From Planctomycetota bacterium (GTDB lineage Bacteria > Planctomycetota > Uabimicrobiia > Uabimicrobiales > JABWCH01): a DNA stretch of 55,156 bases. The translations under genes were made by a program, and so were the position numbers. The notes under the pieces are model-generated. The model was not told the origin of the DNA and ran no database searches. It worked only from the letters and a program-made list of their open reading frames with translations. Location of the stretch: the NCBI GenBank assembly GCA_020057085.1, contig JAGVGO010000204.1:1-55156 (forward strand). The letters run 5' to 3'. This document shows positions 15,765-25,333 of the stretch, one piece after another (position 1 is the first letter of the stretch; every line of letters begins with the position of its first letter).

Positions 15765-16484
15765 ATGAATAAAAATCAGCAAAAATTTATGATTGGTGTC
15801 GTGCTTTTCATATTTATGGCGTTTTGCTGCAGCCAAGAGGAAGAAGAAAAAAACCGTTATAGTAAAACCCCGAACAGTTTGCGTCGTTATTCCACTACCT
15901 CTCAGGAAAAAAATGCCGGTAGTTTTCTACCAGTTTATAACGACATTGCACAAGATCGCGATAAAGGTATTACGTTAGAAGACTGGAGCAAATATTTGCT
16001 TTCGGAAGACCGCTTTATTGCCATGGATAGCAATGGAGATGAGTTGATCAGTCGGGAAGAATTGGCGGTTGATCCCCTGCAAGGCGAAGCACAACTGATC
16101 GAACAAGGGGAAGATGTGATCAAGCAAGCATGCAAAAAAGAAGTGCCGGATTACACCAATAAACTGCAAAATTTCAAAAAAATAGGGTACCGGAACATCG
16201 GTAAATCTGCCGAATATGTAATTGATAAAAATGCACCGGCTTCGGACGTAGAAACATGCCAATATTCCGGTTGTAGTGAGATAGCCACGAAGCTATTCAT
16301 CCAAGCCAGGCATGGCAAAGATCTCAGTGGAAAAGTGTGTGCCGGTCATCATGCTCTGCTCTTTATCAAAGAACAACAAAAACAGTCTTCGTTGAATCCT
16401 TACATTTTCGCGCTGATTGTATTAGGTTTAACTGTGGCTGTTTCCCTTATGACCCCCGTGCTGGTTGGGGAAGCAAAAGCATAG
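15765..16484 (+). CDS. EF-hand-containing membrane-anchored protein
   Basis: Canonical EF-hand loop DSNGDELISREE. N-terminal hydrophobic segment and C-terminal TM (IFALIVLGLTVAVSLM). The start is ambiguous (GTG 15756 or ATG 15765). Confidence 0.6.
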   Translation: MNKNQQKFMIGVVLFIFMAFCCSQEEEEKNRYSKTPNSLRRYSTTSQEKNAGSFLPVYNDIAQDRDKGITLEDWSKYLLSEDRFIAMDSNGDELISREELAVDPLQGEAQLIEQGEDVIKQACKKEVPDYTNKLQNFKKIGYRNIGKSAEYVIDKNAPASDVETCQYSGCSEIATKLFIQARHGKDLSGKVCAGHHALLFIKEQQKQSSLNPYIFALIVLGLTVAVSLMTPVLVGEAKA

Positions 16485-16526
16485 GTAGCCTCTGCAACTT
16501 TATATCCGGTAGATGTGGGGTAGATT

Positions 16527-17471
16527 ATGAAGCCGACAAAAGTGTTAGCTATTGATTGTGGTGGCACGTTTATCAAGGCGGGTTTGATCACGGAAACAGG
16601 CGATATCCTGGCACAAACATCGGTGCCCACCAATGTGCAGCAAGGCCGTGAGACAGTTCTTGCTATTTTTCAATCGTTGATCGAAAAATACAAGGCGGAT
16701 ATAGAGGCTGTGGGCATGGCTTTTGCCGCACCTCTGGATTATGAAAATGGCATCATTTGGGAGCCAGTGAATTTTCCGAAAGAGTGGCACAACTTCGCTC
16801 TGGCCAAGACGCTCACGGAGCGCACCAAAATCCCTATTTATTTGCAAAACGATGCTAAATTGGCAGCTCTCGGTGAGTACTGGAAAGGTGCCGGCCAAGG
16901 TGTAGACGTGCTGGTGGTGCTTACATTAGGCACTGGCGTAGGCGGTGGCATAATTTTTAACGGCAATTTGTGGTTGGGCGCTAGCAAAATTGCCGGCGAG
17001 CTGGGGCATCTGATCATCGCTACGGACGGTCCGCGTTGTGGTTGCGGCAAAGTGGGATGTTTGGAAACTTTTGCCTCTTGTACTGCAGTGGTTCGCATGG
17101 CAGAAGAAGCACGGCAAAATGCCCCACAAGCTACCAAGCTGACTCAAGAAAAAAAACTTACGGCCGAAAGGATCTACCAGATTGCCAAGGCAGGGGATGC
17201 CACGGCGCAATCTGTGTTTGTGCATATGGGGCAGGCCTTAGCCAAAGGCATTGCCAACATATGCCATGTGATAGGCCCCAGAAAAATTGTACTCACAGCG
17301 GGCGGTGCTGGAGCTTGGGATATGTTTTATCCTGCTCTGATAGAAATGTTCTCGCGTATCAGTTTTAAAAGCGAACGAGACACTTTGCAACTGACACGTG
17401 GAATATTAGGAGAACATTCAGGAATTTTAGGCGCTGCGTATTGGGCTTTACAGCGGATAGGAAAACTTTAA
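16527..17471 (+). CDS. ROK-family sugar kinase (glucokinase-like)
   Basis: 314 aa. N-terminal ATP-binding LAIDCGGTFIKAGLI. ROK zinc motif GHLIIATDGPRCGCGKVGCLETFAS. Confidence 0.85.
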   Translation: MKPTKVLAIDCGGTFIKAGLITETGDILAQTSVPTNVQQGRETVLAIFQSLIEKYKADIEAVGMAFAAPLDYENGIIWEPVNFPKEWHNFALAKTLTERTKIPIYLQNDAKLAALGEYWKGAGQGVDVLVVLTLGTGVGGGIIFNGNLWLGASKIAGELGHLIIATDGPRCGCGKVGCLETFASCTAVVRMAEEARQNAPQATKLTQEKKLTAERIYQIAKAGDATAQSVFVHMGQALAKGIANICHVIGPRKIVLTAGGAGAWDMFYPALIEMFSRISFKSERDTLQLTRGILGEHSGILGAAYWALQRIGKL

Positions 17472-17491
17472 TCGTTTTTAGGTGAGCCGGT

Positions 17492-18136
17492 ATGGGTAGT
17501 GAAGCGGCGCATAAGAAAAGCTTGCAATATTTGGGACAACGTGCCATCTTGGGCGAATTGGCATGGGGTATTTTTCACGAACTCAATAACCATCTGCAGA
17601 TCGTCTTGGGATTTACCCAAGACCTTTGCGATACTCCTATGTCTTATGAAGATCAAAGCAAGGATATGAGCCTTGTGCTGGATGAAGTGAAGAAGTGCTG
17701 CCAGTTGTTAAAAAATATCAAATTTTTACAAATGGCCAACGACAGCCAGGGGTATGAGGACATTGAGGTGGCACTTGACAATATTCTGCCGTTGCTACAC
17801 TATAAGTTGTACAAAAAAAGTTTGCAATGCCACAAAGAAATTGCTCTAGGCATAGATTTGGTGCAAGGCGAAACCAGCAAAATCCGCAGTGCCATGGTGG
17901 TATTGCTGGCCGCAGCAGTGGAGAGAAGTCTTGACAAAAGCGATTTATACATTAGCGGCAGCCATTGGCGAGATAGGGTGGTGCTGGAGGTCAAATTCAG
18001 TCCGGCCCATGATTCACTTTTTTCGTGGAGCATGGAGGAATATTTGAACTTGCTGGATTATTCGTTCGATTCGCGAGGCGAAGGAAGTTTTCTGGTGTAC
18101 AGTTTAAAATTTCCATGTTTCCATGCCATAGAATAA
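17492..18136 (+). CDS. Soluble histidine-kinase-like protein (H-box present, ATP-binding boxes degenerate)
   Basis: 214 aa. AGGTGAG RBS. H-box ELAWGIFHELNNHLQIVLGF. I found no TM or sensor domain. The expected N-box Asn is absent (VVLLAAAVERS) and I found no DxGxG. Confidence 0.6.
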   Translation: MGSEAAHKKSLQYLGQRAILGELAWGIFHELNNHLQIVLGFTQDLCDTPMSYEDQSKDMSLVLDEVKKCCQLLKNIKFLQMANDSQGYEDIEVALDNILPLLHYKLYKKSLQCHKEIALGIDLVQGETSKIRSAMVVLLAAAVERSLDKSDLYISGSHWRDRVVLEVKFSPAHDSLFSWSMEEYLNLLDYSFDSRGEGSFLVYSLKFPCFHAIE

Positions 18137-18224
18137 AAACCGGATTGTAACAGATTACAGTGAAAGTCACGACAACGTGTGGACAAGGTGGATAGCGAAC
18201 CGTTTATCTGTTGTTGGGAAACCA

Positions 18225-18244
18225 AGGCGATTGCAAAATCGCCT
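18225..18244 (+). other. Perfect 8-bp hairpin with GCAA tetraloop between the HK-like and NtrC-like genes
   Basis: AGGCGATT-GCAA-AATCGCCT. It is followed by GGGGCGTTT, with no strong T-tract. Confidence 0.4.
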
Positions 18245-18285
18245 GGGGCGTTTAGATATTCGGTTTCCATTCAGCGGAGATGGCA

Positions 18286-19668
18286 ATGAAAAAGCATATT
18301 TTAGTGATTGACGATGATACTACTTTGCTTTTATGGTTCGAGAGAACTTTAGAGAGAGAAGGGTTTTTGGGCACTACTTGCAGTGACCCACAGGAAGGCA
18401 TCCGCAGAATTCAGGACAAACGGTACGATCTCATCATATGCGATCAGGGGTTGGGAGATATGGAGGGTATCCAGCTCCTCACCTGTTCCCAGACCTATTA
18501 TCCTGATGTGCCATTTATCATTATTACCGGTTTCGGTTCTGTACCCAAGGCCGTTGAGTCGTTCAAAAAAGGCGCTGCTGACTATATCACTAAACCGATA
18601 GATAAAAAAGAGCTGTTGACATTGATAAATCATGTTTTAGATGAGGCTGTTTCATGTATTCCCACAGAAGAATTGCCGTTACTTCAAGCAGAAATCTCTA
18701 AAACTATGGTGGGCAACAGTGAAAAGATGCAAAAACTTTTTTATGTCATTGCGCAGATCGCTAAAACTTCAGCCACGGTGCTGATAGAAGGCGAAAGCGG
18801 TACCGGCAAAGAATTGATTGCCCGCGCTATCCACCAGGTTAGCCTGCGTTCAGGAGCTCCTTTTGTTGCTATCAACTGCGGTTATCTCAATGAAAATCTA
18901 TTGGAAAACGAATTGTTCGGACACGTACAGGGCGCGTTCACCGGAGCGATAAAATATAAAAAAGGCCTAATGGAAGAGGCAAATGGCGGAACATTATTCC
19001 TCGACGAGATAGGTGATATGCCACTTTTGGTGCAGACCAAACTATTGCGCGTACTACAGGAGAGAGAATTTAAACCATTGGGTAGTAATGAAAATATCCA
19101 CGTTGATATACGCGTAATAGCGGCTACCAACGTAAATTTGCACGAGGCAGTAGTGCAAAAGAAATTTCGCGAAGATTTATACTATCGCCTGGCGGTGATA
19201 CCGATCATGGTGCCCCCGCTACGTGAACGTACGAACGATATTCCTCTGCTGGCCAAGCATTTTATGCAAAAATATGGGCTGGAAAATGGTAAAAATGTTG
19301 AACATATTACGCTTGAAGCCATGTCCCGACTCACTCATTATACATGGCCAGGCAACGTCAGGGAATTGGAAAATACAATTGCCAGAGCTGTGGCCTTGAC
19401 TACCAGCAACAGTATTACCTTGGATTTGCTGATACCCAAAGCGAGCACCGAGAAAACTTTGTTTTCGGCGATTGATGAGGAAACGAACCTGCGTGAGATT
19501 ATCCGCCGTGATACCAAGAGTGCTATCGAGGAGGCATTGAAACTGGCCAAGGGCAATCACTCACAAGCTGCACGTATTCTTGGCATCAGTCGTGCCTCGT
19601 TGTATCACAAAATAAAAAAATACGCATTGCCCCGCTTTTCCAAAAACAATACTACATCTATTTCCTGA
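18286..19668 (+). CDS. Sigma-54-dependent response regulator (NtrC family: REC + AAA+ + Fis-type HTH)
   Basis: REC domain with ILVIDDD...DLIICDQ. Walker [15 protein letters not shown] loop present. C-terminal [29 protein letters not shown] 18286 has GGAG 7 nt upstream; ATG 18280 is also possible. Confidence 0.9.
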   Translation: MKKHILVIDDDTTLLLWFERTLEREGFLGTTCSDPQEGIRRIQDKRYDLIICDQGLGDMEGIQLLTCSQTYYPDVPFIIITGFGSVPKAVESFKKGAADYITKPIDKKELLTLINHVLDEAVSCIPTEELPLLQAEISKTMVGNSEKMQKLFYVIAQIAKTSATVLIEGESGTGKELIARAIHQVSLRSGAPFVAINCGYLNENLLENELFGHVQGAFTGAIKYKKGLMEEANGGTLFLDEIGDMPLLVQTKLLRVLQEREFKPLGSNENIHVDIRVIAATNVNLHEAVVQKKFREDLYYRLAVIPIMVPPLRERTNDIPLLAKHFMQKYGLENGKNVEHITLEAMSRLTHYTWPGNVRELENTIARAVALTTSNSITLDLLIPKASTEKTLFSAIDEETNLREIIRRDTKSAIEEALKLAKGNHSQAARILGISRASLYHKIKKYALPRFSKNNTTSIS

Positions 19669-19679
19669 AAGATGGGCAG

Positions 19680-20624
19680 ATGCAAGAACTACAATATCTC
19701 ACCAAATTTCGTATCCTTACCGAGATTGCTGTCGGTGGCATGGGAGCCGTTTATCTGGCCGAACAAATAGGCGTCAAGAATTTTCGCAAAACGGTCGCCA
19801 TCAAAACCATTCGTACCTCGCTTATCGCGGATGAGGAAACACTCGAAATGTTTCTCGGCGAAGCCCGCCTAGTGGCCGATTTGATCCATGAAAACATCGT
19901 CCAGGTATACCAACTCGGGGAAAGCGATGGTATGTATTATGTCATCATGGAATATGCGGGCGGGCCTAACCTTGAAACTTTTATGGTACGACACAAATTT
20001 ATGAAAAAGAGTGTGCCGGTAGATATCGCCGCATTTATTGTGAGCCGTATCGCCCGTGGCCTCGATTATGCACACAAAAAAAGAGACTATCAAGGTAAAA
20101 GGCTCAAAATTGTACACCGCGATGTTTCTCCTTCCAACATTATCATTACCTACCAAGGCGGGGTCAAATTGACCGATTTCGGTATTGCCAAGGCGCTCAA
20201 CATGAAGGTGCCGGATGAACATGAGGTAATCATGGGCAAATATTCCTATATGTCTCCTGAACAGGTGCGCTGCGAAGGCACGGATCTACGCAGCGATATC
20301 TTTTCCCTGGGGCTGGTTGCCTATGAACTTTTTACCGGTAAAATCATCTACGATGTGGATGATGGTTTGGCTTTACTCGAAGCGCTCAAAAAACCGGTTC
20401 CTTACCCACATCTCCTCAATTCAGCAGTGCCTCCTGCCCTCTCCGCAATAATCATGAAAGCAATTGCTCACAATCCTGACGACCGTTATGCTTCAGCCAA
20501 GGAAATGCAGGAAAAACTGGAATATTTCCTCTGCGATAGCGGATTTAGTTTTAGCAATGAAACATTGGCCAAATATGTCGAGCTGCTTTTTCCCGAAGCC
20601 AGGAAGAAACAGGGTAATAGCTAA
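19680..20624 (+). CDS. Soluble Hanks-type Ser/Thr protein kinase (kinase domain only)
   Basis: 314 aa. Motifs GGMGAVYLA, VAIKTI, VHRDVSPSNIII, TDFGIAK and YMSPEQ. Confidence 0.85.
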   Translation: MQELQYLTKFRILTEIAVGGMGAVYLAEQIGVKNFRKTVAIKTIRTSLIADEETLEMFLGEARLVADLIHENIVQVYQLGESDGMYYVIMEYAGGPNLETFMVRHKFMKKSVPVDIAAFIVSRIARGLDYAHKKRDYQGKRLKIVHRDVSPSNIIITYQGGVKLTDFGIAKALNMKVPDEHEVIMGKYSYMSPEQVRCEGTDLRSDIFSLGLVAYELFTGKIIYDVDDGLALLEALKKPVPYPHLLNSAVPPALSAIIMKAIAHNPDDRYASAKEMQEKLEYFLCDSGFSFSNETLAKYVELLFPEARKKQGNS

Positions 20625-20692
20625 TTTTCTCTATCACACCTCTGCTTTTCCCATTGTCAGCAATATGGATTGCGTTATTGGGAGGAAAAATT

Positions 20693-22561
20693 ATGCAAAT
20701 CAGGCGACTCATCGGTTTATTCTTATTGTTTGGCAGCTTTGCTTTTGCCCAACAGTACTACACCCCGGCGCAAAGGCAGATTATGGCAAGACGTGCAGCC
20801 ATCATGGATGGTTATCGTCTATTGGCAGAAGCAGTGCAAGGGGTACAGATCACAAACTCTGCAAAAGTCAAAGATTTTGTCGGCGCAAACGACGAAATCG
20901 GTGTCAACCTGCAACAATTGGTCATCCGCGGAGCTCAAATCAGCGTGACTCGCTATCTCCCGGACAACACTTGCGAAATAGAGATGAGATTGAACTCTAA
21001 AGAGATTACCAATTTTTTACAGATTACCCAGAATTTATATCAATTCCCACAATGGAAAGATGTTGATTTCAACGCTCAAGTTGCTAAAAACGAGTTTGTT
21101 CAGGTGACAGGACGGGGTGCTCCGCCGCTTGAAATCAGTCGCCAGGACGTTGACAGTTTGCGTCATGAAAACCAAGGTTTCCGCGATCAGATGGCACAGT
21201 TGAACGCCAGAAACCAAAACCTGCGAAACCAGATGGAACAAAGCCATATGTCGCAGGAAATGTTCATGAAACTGTCTCAGGCTAACAAAGATTTGCAAGC
21301 GGAGGTACACTCTTTACGACAAAAACACCAGGACATCCAGCTTCAACACCAAGTACTGAGCAGTCAGAAGGAGCAACTGCAAAGCGAAGTCACAATTTTG
21401 CGTGAGGCTAACCAAGTATTGCAAATGAAGTTGAGCCAGACGCAACAGACAGCCGAAGCAGCCGTTTCCTACCGGCAACAAAATAACGAGCTGACCACGC
21501 AGAACCAACAGTCACAGAAAAAATTGCAAGATATCACCGCACTAGCCCAGGAGTTCCGGCAAAAATACGAGGCCGCCAGTCAAACGCAAAAACAGATGAT
21601 GCAGCAACTCGAAGATCTGCAGAAACAGCAGCAAAACTCCGCCCAAAAAGAACAAGAGCGGCAACGATTGACAACGGAATGGCAAAAATTGCAAGGGCAA
21701 AATCAGGAATTACAGATCAAGATGCAAAAAATGCAAGCTCTGCTGGCGCATTACAAAATATACCAGAGCAAATATGAGGAAGGCGTCAAGAAAGTGCAGG
21801 AACTGGCAGATAAGAACAAAGAATTGCTTGAACAAATCCAGGAAAAAGGCCAGAAAGTGCAAAGCCAGAACTTGGAACTCAAAGAGTTACGTGAACAGAG
21901 CGGTCGTTTGAACAATGATGCCAACGGCGTGCGTCAGGAAAATGCCAAACTGCGTGAACAGCTTGTACAGGAAACACAAAATTTTACCAGCGAAAAAAAA
22001 CATTATCTGGCGGAAATGCAGCAAAAGCTGGAAGAAGAAAAAAAACGTGCACAGCAGATCGGTACGGAGAATGCACGGCTGCTCGAACAGATCAAAAATT
22101 TGCAGGGTATGATGGGAGACTCCAACAACCGTATTGCCCAGTTACAGGAAGAAATTACGGCTTACCAGACTCAGCCGAGCGGCGCTTGGGTGAGCGCCAC
22201 GCCACAGCAGAAATTGACGGCCAGACGAACGGCGATTCTTGACGGTTATCGTTTACTGGCGGAAGCTTTGCAGGGCGTACGTCTGGATGCACAGACAAGC
22301 ATACGTGATTTTGTCAGCGAACGGGATGAAATGAATACCGCCATCGAAGGGTTCGTGCGTGGTGCACAGATCATCTCGACACGCTGTCTGCCTGATGGTA
22401 CCTGCGAAATTGATATGGTCATTGATCTGGAACAGTTCATTCGTTTCCTGCAACGCATGGCGCAACAATACCGCGCAGAAAACTGGCTGCGCAAGTTGGA
22501 AGAATCTCGTTTTCAACCACGCAGCATGCTCAAAGTCACCGGCAGTGGAAGCCTAAAGTAA
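20693..22561 (+). CDS. Secreted Gln-rich coiled-coil protein bracketed by two paralogous LPP20/FlgP-like domains
   Basis: GGAGG RBS precedes ATG 20693. Signal peptide [22 protein letters not shown]-domain [22 protein letters not shown]...[20 protein letters not shown] and C-domain [22 protein letters not shown]...[20 protein letters not shown]. About 380 aa of heptad-like Q/E/K/L sequence lies between them. Confidence 0.7.
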   Translation: MQIRRLIGLFLLFGSFAFAQQYYTPAQRQIMARRAAIMDGYRLLAEAVQGVQITNSAKVKDFVGANDEIGVNLQQLVIRGAQISVTRYLPDNTCEIEMRLNSKEITNFLQITQNLYQFPQWKDVDFNAQVAKNEFVQVTGRGAPPLEISRQDVDSLRHENQGFRDQMAQLNARNQNLRNQMEQSHMSQEMFMKLSQANKDLQAEVHSLRQKHQDIQLQHQVLSSQKEQLQSEVTILREANQVLQMKLSQTQQTAEAAVSYRQQNNELTTQNQQSQKKLQDITALAQEFRQKYEAASQTQKQMMQQLEDLQKQQQNSAQKEQERQRLTTEWQKLQGQNQELQIKMQKMQALLAHYKIYQSKYEEGVKKVQELADKNKELLEQIQEKGQKVQSQNLELKELREQSGRLNNDANGVRQENAKLREQLVQETQNFTSEKKHYLAEMQQKLEEEKKRAQQIGTENARLLEQIKNLQGMMGDSNNRIAQLQEEITAYQTQPSGAWVSATPQQKLTARRTAILDGYRLLAEALQGVRLDAQTSIRDFVSERDEMNTAIEGFVRGAQIISTRCLPDGTCEIDMVIDLEQFIRFLQRMAQQYRAENWLRKLEESRFQPRSMLKVTGSGSLK

Positions 22562-22575
22562 AAGGAGACTCTTCC

Positions 22576-23796
22576 GTGCTCAACAAACAGAAAACCAAGT
22601 GCATCGGTATTCTCACTGCAGGCGGTGATTGCCCTGGGCTTAACGCAGCCATCCGTGGCGTAGCCAAGGTGGCTATGCACTATGGCATGCAGGTGATCGG
22701 GGTGCTGGACGGCTTTCGCGGCCTTGTGGAAAATCGTACTGTCTCGCTCGACAACAAGTCGGTGAGCGGCATTCTTACGTTGGGTGGTACCTTGCTCGGT
22801 ACCAGTCGTGACAAGCCACACAAGATGATGATGGGTGGTGAAATCATGGACATGACGCAGGTAGCTGTTGCCAATGCCCGGCGTCTACAGCTCGATTGCC
22901 TGGTATGCCTCGGCGGCAACGGTACGCAAAAACATGCGCTGCGTTTGCACAATGCCGGTCTTGAAGTGGTGACGTTGCCTAAGACTATTGACAATGACGT
23001 GGCTGAAACAGATATTACGTTTGGTTTCGACACTGCCATGAACATTGCCACTGAAGCGATAGACCGTTTGCACACTACTGCCACCAGCCATCACCGTATC
23101 ATCGTGTGCGAAATCATGGGGCACAAAACGGGCTGGCTTACCTTGGGCGCCGGCATTGCCGGTGGTGCCGATGTTATCTTGATCCCAGAAATTCCTTACG
23201 ATCTCAATGTCGTAGCCGAACATTTGATTGCCCGCCGGCGCAGCGGCAAGCGTTTTTCTATTGTCGCCGTTGCTGAAGGTGCCAGGGCAATAGGCGAAAA
23301 CACCCAAGAGCCGGTAGAGAAGCAAAATAAAAATGGCAATGGAAAAGAAGATAAGCAAAATAAAAAAGAAAAGAAACCTAAACAAAAGAGTGTACGCGAA
23401 GCGACTATTCTGGCAGATGCCGCAGCAGACGGCAGCGAGACTACTCCTCATCTGGTGCAGGAGCCAATGGCCAGCCGACTGGCACGCCATCTACAACAAC
23501 TTACTGGCATGGAGGCACGCGTTACGTTTCTCGGCCATGTTCAACGCGGCGGCGCCCCGTCTCCCACCGACCGTCTGCTCTGTACCCGACTTGGTACAAA
23601 AGCGGGAGAGCTTATTGCCGAAGGTATTTACAATGTGATGGTGGCTGTCAAAGGGGAGCAATGTGTTGCCGTGCCGCTCGAAAAGGTTGCCGGAGTTGAA
23701 AAACGGGTACCGTTGGACCATCCGTGGATTGGCACGGCACGCCTCATGGAAACTTCTCTCGGCGATATGCCGACGCTCAAAGTACACCCTTCGTAG
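22576..23796 (+). CDS. pfkA: 6-phosphofructokinase (PfkA family) with a Lys-rich insertion
   Basis: GTG start with AGGAG 9 nt upstream. Motifs [33 protein letters not shown] and LGHVQRGG. Confidence 0.9.
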   Translation: MLNKQKTKCIGILTAGGDCPGLNAAIRGVAKVAMHYGMQVIGVLDGFRGLVENRTVSLDNKSVSGILTLGGTLLGTSRDKPHKMMMGGEIMDMTQVAVANARRLQLDCLVCLGGNGTQKHALRLHNAGLEVVTLPKTIDNDVAETDITFGFDTAMNIATEAIDRLHTTATSHHRIIVCEIMGHKTGWLTLGAGIAGGADVILIPEIPYDLNVVAEHLIARRRSGKRFSIVAVAEGARAIGENTQEPVEKQNKNGNGKEDKQNKKEKKPKQKSVREATILADAAADGSETTPHLVQEPMASRLARHLQQLTGMEARVTFLGHVQRGGAPSPTDRLLCTRLGTKAGELIAEGIYNVMVAVKGEQCVAVPLEKVAGVEKRVPLDHPWIGTARLMETSLGDMPTLKVHPS

Positions 23797-23823
23797 AGAC
23801 CCGAATAGCAAAGGAAACTCACT

Positions 23824-25332
23824 ATGCAACACTCCTTGCAAAAAGGAGCGCAGATAGGAACCTACCGGCTTGGCGAAAGGTTATGGAAAGGAAGTTTTGG
23901 CGAAACCTGGAAAGCCAGTGACAACACGGGTGAGTCTGTGGCCATCCAGTTTATCCAACAAGCCGTGATGGTGGAACAGATGCGCCAGCAGCCGTCGCAA
24001 TTACCAACAGCCACCACCTCGACTATCGCTCAACTTTTGGTTGTGCAGTTGAGCCCGCCGGCATTCATCTGGCAATACATGTCTGGTCGCCGGCTTGCCA
24101 CTTTTGTCAAAGAGTTGGGCCGACTGAAACTCAAGATTGCCGTACACATTGCCCGCAAGCTTCTGGAAATCTTGACGTTCTCTGCTTCCAAGGGAATGGT
24201 GCATGGCGGGCTGCGGCCTACCCGCATTCTCATCAATGCCGAAAAAAACGTGGTGATCACCAATTGCGGTGTGGGTTACTGGGAACAACGAGCGGTATCG
24301 GCGCTCTACAAAAGCGGACATACCGATTCATGCAAAAATATCATCCCCTACTTCGCACCCGAAGTACTGGAAGACCAGCTATTCGACGACCCGAAGAGCG
24401 ATGTGTATGCGATGGGTATGGTATTGGCCGAGATGCTGCTCGGCCAACGCCCGGCCAAGGAAGAGATACCTTCGCTCTTCGATAAAGCCGCAGTGCCCAA
24501 ATCGCTTGCTGCCGTAGTGTTCAAGGCTATTGCCGATTTCGAGGAGCGTTATCATCACCCGCAGCAAATGTACGATGATCTGACCCATTTCGTCAAGCCG
24601 GTCAAAGCTAAAACCGTGGAAACGATCTACATACCACCCCCAAACAGCATGCCGAAGGCTGTCACTTTGGAGGCGATTCCTGCCGATTCGGAAGAGTATC
24701 GTGTGTATCAGGCACAGATGATATCGGCTAGACAGACCATTGATGCGGAAGTCATGGCAGCCGAACCAGCCGAAAACGATGAAGGGTTCGAAAGCGTCGA
24801 GAAAAGTAGCAAAACCGCGCGTCTGTCGCCTGCGCCACAAGTGGGGGGAACGGCTACGGCCGACACAGATTTAGCATTGCAACGAGTGGTTGCTGCATTC
24901 GCACCGGAAAAGAGTAGCGGCGCGGCAAAAATTCCGCCCATAGCGATGCAACCTGGCGAACCTACCAGCGACGAGGTACTCAACCGCCTGGACCACGAAC
25001 CAATCTGGCCAACGCTCTTTGGCAAGTACACCGCTGCACTCCTGGTTTCTCTCATAGTGCTTACTGCTCTAACCCTGCTGGTACGCAGGGAACATATGAC
25101 AAGTGAGTGGCTATGCCCATGGCCTTTACTGGTGTGGCAAGGGTTATTGCAGTTGCCTTTTTGGGGCAGATATACTTGTGTCACGGGGCTGCTGGCCGGT
25201 AGTATATTGCTGTTGGCGCTACCCTGGCTCGACACGGGCAGCAAAAATCGTCGCCGCTGGTTATGGAGTCTGGCCGGCCTATGGTTTTTGTTGTTGCTGG
25301 CATTGATCTTTTTGGCTAAGGCTGGTTTTTGA
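23824..25332 (+). CDS. Membrane-anchored Hanks-type pseudokinase
   Basis: The kinase fold is recognisable (YRLGERLWKGSFGETW..., YFAPEVL, DVYAMGMVLAEML). VAIK is replaced by VAIQ, HRDLKPxN by HGGLRPTR, and DFG by NCG. C-terminal TM helices are present. Confidence 0.7.
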   Translation: MQHSLQKGAQIGTYRLGERLWKGSFGETWKASDNTGESVAIQFIQQAVMVEQMRQQPSQLPTATTSTIAQLLVVQLSPPAFIWQYMSGRRLATFVKELGRLKLKIAVHIARKLLEILTFSASKGMVHGGLRPTRILINAEKNVVITNCGVGYWEQRAVSALYKSGHTDSCKNIIPYFAPEVLEDQLFDDPKSDVYAMGMVLAEMLLGQRPAKEEIPSLFDKAAVPKSLAAVVFKAIADFEERYHHPQQMYDDLTHFVKPVKAKTVETIYIPPPNSMPKAVTLEAIPADSEEYRVYQAQMISARQTIDAEVMAAEPAENDEGFESVEKSSKTARLSPAPQVGGTATADTDLALQRVVAAFAPEKSSGAAKIPPIAMQPGEPTSDEVLNRLDHEPIWPTLFGKYTAALLVSLIVLTALTLLVRREHMTSEWLCPWPLLVWQGLLQLPFWGRYTCVTGLLAGSILLLALPWLDTGSKNRRRWLWSLAGLWFLLLLALIFLAKAGF

Positions 25333-25333
25333 T

